From Curvularia clavata (lineage: Eukaryota): a stretch of DNA of 64,000 nt. The DNA is taken from contig CP089278.1 of the NCBI GenBank assembly GCA_023920165.1, positions 1,488,001-1,552,000 of the forward strand, read 5' to 3'. The position numbers were made by a program, and so were the translations under genes. Shown here one piece after another: positions 47,287 through 57,581 of this stretch. Under the pieces are notes generated by a model. That model worked only from the letters and a program-made list of their open reading frames with translations, made no database searches and was not told where the DNA came from. Numbering within the stretch: the first letter of the stretch is position 1; each line of letters starts with the position of its first letter.

Positions 47287-48760
47287 CGGAGGTGCATCTC
47301 AAAAGTTTTGTCTGCCAAGAAAAGTTCCACCGAAGTCTGGCCGCCTAAGCTAAGATCTACCTCTCCCCTCTATATACTCATTACCACCTTCTAGGTCAAT
47401 TATCTTCGGAATATGTACAAGAATACGCTCAATCCAAGCTTGGATCTTAGCTTGTGGGAGATCTCTCCAGCAATTTAGCCAGATTCTAGTTGCCTCAGCT
47501 CTTGACTGTGGGGCTCCTTTCTTAGTAGTCTCTCTCTTCATATAGAACCAGCATGGCTCAATACAGTTACAGTCTGGAGAGTTGCCAGGCCAAAGTAGTC
47601 TCTCGACGTTTGACAGACTATAGACAACGTTCTGATACTGGTGGGCATGCCCAGGTGCCTTATCCTCCATAACTACGGTCTGAGGCCTGTCTTGGAGGCA
47701 CTCTTTGGCGAAAGGAATCAGCTTTGGAATTAGAACGCAGGTCTGATATCTCCACCAGTCTATACCACCCCCAGACGAACGTACTAGCTTGCCTGTCGCC
47801 TCTGTCCATCTCCATTGAGGCTTTCTACCAGGCTTATTACGTAGCCCTGTCCTTCTCATAGATGTGGACAGCTCCCACTCCTCTCGCTGGATAGGCTCAA
47901 GCTCAGCGTTAAGCTGCTCGATCTTCTGAGCAGCGTCTTTTTTCTCTACGTTTGTCTCTGGCTGATAGACATGGCATGGACCCTTTTTATCATACGAGAA
48001 ACAGCCCCAGAACATAAACTCCGAGTATCCCTTCCACCTCTCACGGATACAGCTCTTGACTACTCTCTCATCTACTTTTCTCCAGATTCTATAGCCGCCA
48101 CGCCGGTGGTTGAGTACGACAGACGTCTCGTCTGTCCAGATAACATTCTTCCAGTCTTCTAATGTCCAGTCCTTGTGGTCAAGCGCCCACTTAAGACGAG
48201 CACTGCTCATCTCCTGTGTCAGTCCAGGCTTCCTCGTCGGCTTGGTCTTTCTGTATCCGGCTTCTCTTAGTACTCTCCACACTGTAGTGCGTGATATATT
48301 GACTCCTTGAAGACTAAGAGCACCAGCAACGTCAGCGCAGCTCTTCTCTCGTCCGTATCTATCACGTCGTACTTGTTGGATTATCTGCTCCTTCGCCTCT
48401 TCTGTCTGCTTCAAAGGTCGGCCAGAGCGGGGAGCGTCTTGAACGTGGTGTGGAAGGATCTTAAGAGGAAGAGCGTTTGGCTCAAAGCCTGCAGCGATAG
48501 CTCTACTATAGATACGATCGACTGTACGAGGTTGGACACCAGTTAGGCCAGAGACTTGTGACGTAGTCTTGCCAATAGAAGGAGACTTTAATGCGACAAT
48601 CAAAGTCCGAGTATATACATCAGTATGAGAAGCCATTATAAGAAAATATCTACGTAGACATCAATAACTTAGCTCAGCTCAAAGATGAGAGCTGCGCCAA
48701 GAAAAGTTATGCCGAAGCGCCGAAATTAGCGTGAGACAAAACTTTTGAGATGCACCTCCG
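47287..48760 (-). mobile_element. Intact Tc1/mariner-superfamily DNA transposon, 1474 bp
   Basis: Perfect 27-bp TIRs CGGAGGTGCATCTCAAAAGTTTTGTCT (47287-47313 and 48734-48760), TA on both sides (47285-47286 and 48761-48762), and a transposase ORF inside. Confidence 0.96.
47350..48636 (-). CDS. Tc1-like DD34E transposase (428 aa)
   Basis: PRSGRP linker and HTH regions, WTDE (D1), MEDKAPGH (D2), WPGNSPDCNCIE (E). I count 34 residues between D2 and E. Confidence 0.95.
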   Translation of the reverse strand: MASHTDVYTRTLIVALKSPSIGKTTSQVSGLTGVQPRTVDRIYSRAIAAGFEPNALPLKILPHHVQDAPRSGRPLKQTEEAKEQIIQQVRRDRYGREKSCADVAGALSLQGVNISRTTVWRVLREAGYRKTKPTRKPGLTQEMSSARLKWALDHKDWTLEDWKNVIWTDETSVVLNHRRGGYRIWRKVDERVVKSCIRERWKGYSEFMFWGCFSYDKKGPCHVYQPETNVEKKDAAQKIEQLNAELEPIQREEWELSTSMRRTGLRNKPGRKPQWRWTEATGKLVRSSGGGIDWWRYQTCVLIPKLIPFAKECLQDRPQTVVMEDKAPGHAHQYQNVVYSLSNVERLLWPGNSPDCNCIEPCWFYMKRETTKKGAPQSRAEATRIWLNCWRDLPQAKIQAWIERILVHIPKIIDLEGGNEYIEGRGRS

Positions 48761-49675
48761 TACCTAGAGTAAGTAAGGCGTTGAAGGGATTTGTATGGAT
48801 AAAAGGAGTTATAGGACTTGTCCTCCCCCTCTTTCCCCCTTTTACCTCGTCACTCATGTCCCTGTCAGACAAGATCTTTCTTACTCGCCTTTCCTGCCTG
48901 GTCTTGCGTGGTCCCTGGACTGGGATGGTTGTTTGTTTCCAGGATCCAAGGGACAAGCATCCAGAATGAAGGTAAGGGGTCCTGGTTTCTTGTGTGCGCA
49001 ATGACAAGATAAGATGTGTACAAGTATTGCCCCTCATTTGTTGCATCATTCTTCCCTGTCCCAGTCCCGCATTCGACGATTGTGGTGATAAGCCTCACTT
49101 TTTTGTCTCTTAGCAAAACATGAGGGTGCCTGTGAGCATTTGCTGCACAAAGCTCCAGATCAAAGCTTCACTGATGATAAGACAATAAAAAATGAAGGTT
49201 CCCTCAGACTACTTTCCTGATCAAATCATTCATCAACGCAAACAAAATCCAGCACTAGGAATGACCAACTCAGACCAAATCAATAAGAATTTGCTATGAT
49301 TTCATGATATCCTCTCTTGAACGAAGAAACAATTGGTATCCCAAAATCTAAGCACATCTAACGAGATACATCCGCCCACAAACTCGCTCAAAGCGACCTC
49401 GGTTGAACACTGAGATCATGGGTTGCCCCTCCCCTCAAATTATACCAGAATGCAAAGATTCTGGCCGTTGAAAAGTTGCCGCACTGCATGCAGTCGGTAA
49501 ACTGCATCTATGTCGCATGAGACCGAAATCAGCTGGCACCTCTCTAGTTCGGCGTGCAGCGTTCCCTCCCCCCTTCACTTGTTCGACATGGATTCACCAT
49601 GCTCTTCCTACCCGCGGCTGTGTTTACTCCTCCGGTTCATTCAGCCGTGAAAAAATCTTCTTCGAATTGATTCAC

Positions 49676-51133
49676 CTATTGGCTCTTGCCGGCACGCTCT
49701 TTTTCGTGCTGTTCAGCCACTTCGCGTGCATAGAACTCTACCAGCATTGTTCCGTATGCTTCCATCTCCTCCAGTGGAACAGCGAGGCGAAAATCGTTCA
49801 ACAGCAGAAATTGAAGCTCCAAGTGGTTCAATTCAACCAAGGGCAGACCACCAACCTTTGCATGTTAGCACCAACTCTCTGACATAGGTCTGTATATACG
49901 AACCTTTGCATATCTCGAGTTTGTATAAAACACATCCGAGAAGAACTTGCTCGCACATGTAACGCCAGCGATGACAAGGCGATGAATGTTGAAACTGTCC
50001 ACCACGAAAAAGTGAGAGAGGTTTAATGCACTATCTGCGTGCAAATCTTGTTGAGGAGGAGAGGGTGGTTGTGGGCCTTCAGCTGGCGCGCCAGATGGCT
50101 TGCCCAGCGATCCTGACGGAGGAGGGGTTGCAGCTTGGGCTGAAGCAGATTCCTGTTGTACACCATCTGTACTGGTTGGGGTTGCAGATTGGGCAGATTT
50201 CGACCGTTCCACAGACTGTTGGTTAGCGTTGCGAAGACCAGACATTGGGCCGGCATTTACCCTCTCCGTCATCCTGTCAAAGTAGACAAGCAAGCTTAGG
50301 AAAACCTCGTAAGTGGTGGGACAGTATTTGTGGATTCTGCTTAGGTAACTTAGGATGGAAATGCTGGGGACATTTTTTCCATGGAAGGCTAGAACACTGG
50401 TGGTCTGTTGGCTTAGCCCTGACGTGCCTTCTGGAGGCGGGATTTGGCGATGTAGATGGTCGTGTTGGCGGTCGTTGGTGGTTGTGATTTTAGTCAACAA
50501 GCCTGCCACCATTTCGATAATGTCCGAGACGGGCATCTCGCTGATCTCGTACTGTGGGCCGACATCTGTAGGGTCTCGTCGGTGCCGCCGTGCCAGCGAC
50601 CGTTTCTGGGACAAGGGGCTGGAGTCGTCAAGGGCAAAGCTCTGGATGTGGGAGAGGCTCTTGACCTTGATGCGGTTGGGCGATGGTGCAGGCGATCGCA
50701 AGGACTGGGCTGGGGAAGGCTGGATGGGAGCTTGCCCTGTCGAAGGTATGGTTCTTGTATTTGTAAAGGCATCCGAGGCAGGATTTGAGCCTGAGGGTGC
50801 AGGCTGGTGTGAATGGGGACGGAAGCATGGGCTGGCCGGAGGGGCAGGTTCTGCGTGTGTCGGGGCTGTGGTAGGAGCCAGTTGGGAGCTGTTGTGGTGC
50901 TGCGATCGCTGGCTTGGTGTCGAGCTCGACTGCGGGGCTCCCGTATCGGCCATGGGAACATCAGCAGGCGGAGCGACTACGCGCGGCGCGTTTGCGCTTG
51001 GCGAGGGCGAAGGCCGTACGGGCGTATGCTGCGCGGCAGAAGAGTCCTGTGTCTGCTGATGCGTGCTGGCGCCGCCAAACATGTTGGTGTGAAAGTGGTT
51101 CCCACCGAAATCGCTCACCAGAAGCGATCCCAT
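49676..51133 (-). CDS. Pho80/Pcl6-7 family cyclin of the Pho85 kinase (start uncertain; intron near the 3' end)
   Basis: LAFHGKNVPSISILSYLSRIHKYCP, FNIHRLVIAGVTCASKFFSDVFYTNSRYAK|VGGLPLVELNHLELQFL. Confidence 0.9.
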
Positions 51134-52118
51134 GCCGCGTTCGCAGGGCGATGCAACTAACCGCAGTGCTGGAGACGACGAGATGGAAAGAGGATGCGAC
51201 ACAGCGACTGTGTTTGGGCGAGCAGAGCGGGTAGGCCGGGTGGAGCGTCTCGCTGGCAAGGCGGTGTCGATGGTGTAATGTTGCTGAGCCTTATCGCGAA
51301 GAGGCCGAAGTTGGACGCAGCTTCAGGGGCCGCGAATAGGGCATGCGAGCCAGCTCTTGCTGCCGTAGTCAAAGCGAATTGAACGGCCTGCACCGTGACC
51401 AGGTAAAGGCAGACGAGATGGTGCGCAGGATCGAGGCCTGGCGTGTTGGGTGACGAGGTGTTGTTCGACAAAGGCGTGGGGAACCTACGGGACGTCACAG
51501 ACCAGCGACTGGCTGGAAGGAGAAAGACCCTGGCCGCAATTCACCATGCACCCTCCGGAGCCCATGTGACGACACTGTGCGTCTCCACACTCCTTCTCCT
51601 ACGAGACTCTACTCTCTCCCTCTCTCACCCACACACCCACGGGCACGTGTAGACGTACGCTCGCCGAGCCTGCCCACGCACTCACTGGGGACCATGCCGC
51701 GGCGTCTCACCCACAACGAGCCAAACGCCCAGCCGACGTTTTGGTCTCGCAAATCACCAATACCCCGCGCGTCTTCTGGGTGGAACCTTGGGTCGAGTTT
51801 TGATTCGGAGACTTGGGGCGAGTCGCAGGGCTGCCATCCATGGGCCAATGCTGCAAGCTGATTGGGCCCCTGGGCGCGCCTCGCTCCCACGCCCCGTTGC
51901 CAGAGTCCTGGTCCCGTGTCTACTGTACTTGTATCTATCTAACCAAACATTGCTAGCCGTAGCTGTTCGATGCTTCACGTCTGGCCGTCCAATTGCAGCT
52001 TTGCTCTCCCATGTCCTTTTTGTATCGTGTAGCTCATTCCGACATCATGATCGTTGTTTCGTGCCATATCATACATGGTTGTTTATCTATCGGCCAGCAC
52101 TCACTCACTCACTCATGT

Positions 52119-53009
52119 CTACTGCCTGCCTGGCCCCTCGTAGTTCTGGTCGGGGAGGTACAAATGCCTCTGTGCTCCCTTGCCTGTGAGCACAACCATG
52201 CGGATGACACCTCCCGAGCTGCCGTCCCACTTGATTGCCTCTGCCAGTGCGCCTTTGACGAACTTGATACCCTCCTCCTCAGTCATGTTCTCTTTCCAGT
52301 TTGCGTCGCAGTAACCATAGATGTATGTCGATCCGGAACCACCAATCGCGTATGCTTGTTTGTGTAGGGAGCCTCCGAGAGGAATCGAATATACTTGGCC
52401 GCCGTGGCGGTGGTCCCATCCAGCAATAATCAGTCCGGCACTAGAAGCAAAATCAGTGACCGTTCATGACAAACCTCACTCGCACTTACGAAAGCTGATC
52501 TTTGTTGGAGTAGCAAAGTTCTTGGAACAGGGCAGCTGCAGTCTGTGTAGTCGGTGGTTCGTCGTTGGTCGTGCCGTACATGCCCAAGTGGTATTGGACA
52601 ATGTCGGCCACCGCCTGCGTGTCCGCCGCCGAGCCGGATCTGCAGCACCAAATGGTGTCGTGGACTTGTGTGAGCTTGTCTGTGACTCGATTTGCGATAT
52701 ATGCACCCGTCGTTGTCCTGCTGTCGGCGGCTAATATGACTCCATCCTTGAAGTTGATGGCCATGCTGGATGCTATGAGAGACTGCGCGATTGCTGTTCG
52801 GGAGTAACATACATGGATGTTCCGAGGCTGGGTTTACAGTCAGCAATCTGAAAGCGCAACGAGAGAAGCAATGACTGACTTGACCTCACCCTTCTTGAGG
52901 TGGTTCATGTCGACGTGAATGCCGTCTGCGCACGAGTAAGCTACCATCCTAACTGCGTGCATATAGTGGCACCAGTACCTTCTGACAGCACGCCAGTGGT
53001 CATCATCAT
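52119..53009 (-). CDS. PRE3: 20S proteasome subunit beta-1 (4 introns)
   Basis: [65 protein letters not shown]. Confidence 0.96.
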
Positions 53010-53272
53010 TGCGATCTGGGCTGGCGGGGAGTTGAGAGAGTCGAGAAAGGGTAGCTCAGTGTATAAAGAGCTTATGAAAGCGTGGGGAGTGAGGGGCGGC
53101 AGAGTGTATTGTTGCTATCGGCGTTGTGTACTGTACTAGGCAGCCCGAGCTGCGTAGCTCCATGTCTTGGCACTGCGCAACTGGCTGAAACGTCCAGCCG
53201 CAACATGCAACAACTCGCTCTCCTGGAATTGCGCGTGGGAACGCCTTCTACACCTCATGTCCAATTCTCCGG

Positions 53273-54491
53273 ATGGTTGAGTTTCCTATTCCTTCTCCAT
53301 CCTCTCCGGCCCAAGCTGATTCGTGCGCACCTTCATCCAAACCGCTATTTTCTAGGAGCCGCTCGTCGCCCGCCGTCGTATCCTCTCCACGCCCCACAGG
53401 GCATGGAGGCCGACCAAACAGCATGTCGTCGGCACTCGATTCCTTCATGTCCTGGATGCGCATTCCAATCGTTGTCTCTTCTGGAGTCGCGGCCCTGCTA
53501 AGTGGCCTCCTTTACTTCAAGCAAAAGTACACAATGGCTAATCGCGCATCTCGGTCGACCCTGGCTAACAACAACAACAACAGTGAAATCATATACCCGC
53601 GAAACTTCCCCCCGGACGCTCGAACAAACGTACCCAGGCCGTCTCAATTCGGCATCACCGACTACGAAGAACTTTTCATTCCTACGCCGGATGGCGAGTC
53701 GCTCAGCGCGTTCTTTATCCGAGCAAACAAGCAGCATGCGCGGAACGTCACTGTCCTGATGTTCCATGGCAATGCCGGCAATATTGGCTACCGACTTCCC
53801 ATTGCAAAGATACTGGAGAGAGAGTTACGGTGTAACGTTTTCATGCTGCAATATCGTGGTTATGGCCTTTCGTCTGGTAATCCCAACGAAAAGGGGCTGA
53901 TGATCGATGCGCAAACGGGGCTGGACTACATTCGCCAACGGCACGAACTTCGAGATACTAAAATCGTAATCTACGGACAGAGCATCGGTGGGGCTGTTTC
54001 CGTTGGACTAGCGGCTCGGAACCAAAACGAAGGCGATATCGCAGGCATCATCTTGGAAAATACATTTACCTCCATGAGAAAGCTGATTCCAACGTAAGTT
54101 GTATGCCACCATTATGTGACGTCACTGATCAAAGACAGTGCCTTTCCTCCTGCTCGTTTCCTGGCACCCTTATGTCACCAAATATGGCCTACTGAAGAGG
54201 CGCTTCCCAAAATCACAAAGATACCTATTCTCTTCCTCAGCGGTCGCAAGGATGAGATCATTCCGTAAGTGGCCATTTGTGCCCTCTCTTCTCGAGCTCC
54301 CGTTGTTTCGTGCAACGTCTCAGTAACTAATTCTCTTCAAAAGGCCACCACATATGACCCGCTTGTTTGAAATCTGTAAAGCTCCTAAATCATGGAGAGA
54401 ATTCCCAAACGGTAGCCACAACGATACTGTCGCAGAGCCCCACTACTTCCAATACATTGACGAGTTCTTGACTATGTACGTGGCACAGTGA
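53273..54491 (+). CDS. bem46: Bem46/ABHD13-family alpha/beta hydrolase (3 introns; alternative start ATG 53423)
   Basis: TM anchor, TPDGESL, MFHGNAGNIG, YRGYGLS, GQSIGG nucleophile elbow, ILENTF, DEII and GSHND. Confidence 0.92.
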
Positions 54492-57400
54492 CCCTAATCT
54501 AGGTCGGTGTATCAAATGTGCCGGTGGGTTGGCAAGTATGCCGAGTAAACTCCGCGCTGTGCTGGGAGCACCAATGACAGGGACGAGCACTAGTTACAAA
54601 AGAACCGCCGGCGAGTGCTTGGTGTGTCACTGGGCCGCTGCCATTGGTTCGTGGTTTTTCCATGGACAGGTTTACGCTTCCACGCGACAGTTGGTGAGCA
54701 CGTGTCCCTTCATTCACACACACGTGAAATGCTTTCAGCAGTTGCAAATGAAGGCTGCACGTCCCTTCGTCTGTTTGGAATCGAGACCTTTTCTCTGTCT
54801 CTTGAAGCTGGACGTTACACGACCGACAGCGCACCGACGCTGGCTATGAGAGTACAAGTCGATTGGCAGAATGATAGGATACCTACATAGCAAGCTACGT
54901 CGCTCTAGAGTCAGCCCCAATATACAGATCGCGATGGTATGCATAATGTCTTGATGGCGAACAGAACTTAGCCGAACGTAATTTTGTATTCATGATGCCT
55001 TGTCCACTGTTCTCCGCGGCCATGACTCTAATGGTTAAAAGATGGCGAAGTACAGTAGCCTCGACCTAGTCGGCAAGGGTTCAAGCGCGGCCAACCAAGC
55101 GCAAAAACCATAGGTGTGGGGATGACGACGGATCGCCAGGGACATGTATGTAATATGCGTACATACATGTACATCAAGTCCACTCATTGGAGGAGAACCG
55201 TCCTGGACAAAATGAAGCAGCTATTGAAAGGTGATCGTCTACAACCTCACACGCCTCACTATGCACATGTCAGCGCTTCGAGGCTGGCGGACGAATAGGC
55301 CGGGAAAAGTTGCACCAGTCTCCCGGAGCTCTCCACACGGGCAAAAAAAAAAAAAAGTTGCGATGAACCCTGGACTTTAGAGGACCCCGCAAGATTTGGA
55401 CCGGGACCTGGAATACGAAGAGGCTCTACGGTAGTGTCGTTGTGGGTATTGGCGAGTATGCGCTGATTTGACTGGACCCTTGAGCGGATGTTGACAACGC
55501 CACCCCAAATATCCGGGTGGAGTCTAAACCGGATGCTTCCCATGTCAGCGAGCTAGCGAAGAGGACAAGTCTTGATTTCTAGGCCATGAAGCTTCCGGCA
55601 CGCCATTTGGAGTCGTCTTACAGTAGTCATGTGTCTAGCTGCATGGATGGCAACGATGTGATGAAGCCGACGTTGATTTAGCGACTTGGCCAATGACGAG
55701 GCCCCCCCATGCCTCCAACACAAGATCTGCGGTAGTCTATTCTTACCACACCAGCGTCATGTTTATCAACACCCTTGCAGACGGCACAAACGCTTCGTTG
55801 GCAGACTGCTCGCCGGGTGAAGATCATGGCCCAGCAGGCGCAAGCAGCGTGGCTGTGCTGTGGCGCGCAGATCTCTGAACATGTCGAGGTGCGGTCACGC
55901 CGACGCTGTGGCAAAGACATCGTGGAGGACTACTCCAATCCATCCACAGCCCCCATACCCCTTTCTCATGATTGAGGTAACGGTCGCGGGCTATCCAGCC
56001 CAGCGGACCGCCGAGCACGTACCGAACGCAGCCAGACTTGTCGGCTGTCGTTCTGCTGTCGCCTTCGAGACAGCTTGCGCTGACATTTGGTGACCCACAT
56101 CTGCGCCATTCAAGTCGATATGGCACTAAACCTCCATGGGTCCCAGGCCATATACCCGCATGCTCCATCTTCCTTCCGCTCCGGTCTCGACGCCTTACCG
56201 CAGCACTACTAAGAGAGTATCACCGCCGAGGCTGCTGGGTCGACCAGCTCGGAGGATGCTTTTGCCAGGTCCCTTGTCAGCGCCCTGTCATTATCGTGGT
56301 GCCCTAACGCGTCCACGCGGCGCCCACGTCTCCTCCCTGTTCTCTAGTTCTCTGGGCGGCTCAGTCCATGCAGGCTGCATCTGATCACCGTCCCAGTCAA
56401 GTCGTCAATTGGCCAGTACGCCTCGCGTGCATTTCGGACCCATTGCCGTGGATGGGGTAGGATTACTTCACCATCTTAGACTAATGTAAAGCATGAATTT
56501 TATGAGCCGGCAGCACCGAAAGACTTCGGAACCTGATGCTAGCGCGACTGTGTGTGATCGAATCCCTTGCCTGGGTATTCCAGACTGAAAGCCCATTGCC
56601 AGGGACAAGCCAGCATCCCCTGGCAGAGCTCTGACTCCCGTTATACCAACCGAACCTACCATTCTGGTCCGCCGAAGGATGCTACAGGGACCCGCTAAGC
56701 TTTGGTAAGATAGTCCATGATCAGCGCCATCGGCCCATGGCAATCTAGAAACGGCATCACTCGCCACTCGTGATGAAATACTGCTTCCCCAACGCTTACG
56801 TCCTACTCTCCCTTCCCTTCACCCAGGCGTCCAATAGAGACTCGTTCATTTCGCTACGGTGATCGTTTCGCCTCCAGCGTGTCGGTTCAGACCATGTAGC
56901 TCCACACCCCGTCCTGAAAGCCACAATTTGAACGCTCCACGGCCAATCAGAAAGCCGGCTGTTACTGTGGCCAGCGGCGACTGAGGCAGAGAACTCGCGA
57001 AAACCCTCGTGCGGCCTTCCCGTTCTTACTAGACCCGTCGGTGAGCTCCTCTCTGTGATCCTAGCTCCTCATATCTGCCGCATACACGCTTGCCCTCATT
57101 GCGGTCCCTGCCGTTGCGCTGTCAAACCTCACGGAGCTTTACAAGATCGCTTCTGTCATCTGAGTGGTTGTGTAATTCTGGCCGTCGTCTTCGTTCCGCC
57201 TTAAGCGAGCCATTCCTCTACCCGGTACATCAACCGAAGTCGTTCATCTTCCCTCAAACGGTTTCCCCTACCTTTGGCTTCTTTTTTTACATGCGATCAC
57301 CTCACAGCCTCCTTGTTCTGTTGGCACATCTCGACTACCATTCCTCTCAGTAAGCGAACTGACTGGCTTCGGTCTCTAGCTTATCCGGCTTGCCACATCT

Positions 57401-57581
57401 CAGTAAGGCTGGTGGATATAGGTTTAGGTATGTTGTGCTCTTATCATTCAGGGCTGGTGTGGTATCAGGCCTTCATACGTTCGTTTTTCTAGACTTCTTT
57501 TTGCGAAGTGTAGCATGGACTAACATGTCTTTCGTTTGGATTCAACAGTGGGTGCCTCTTCCGGTCGTTTACGGGCAGCAC

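Noticed and set aside
49172..49220. TGATGA...CTGA box C/D-like pair
   Set aside because: Too short, and I could not identify an rRNA antisense guide.
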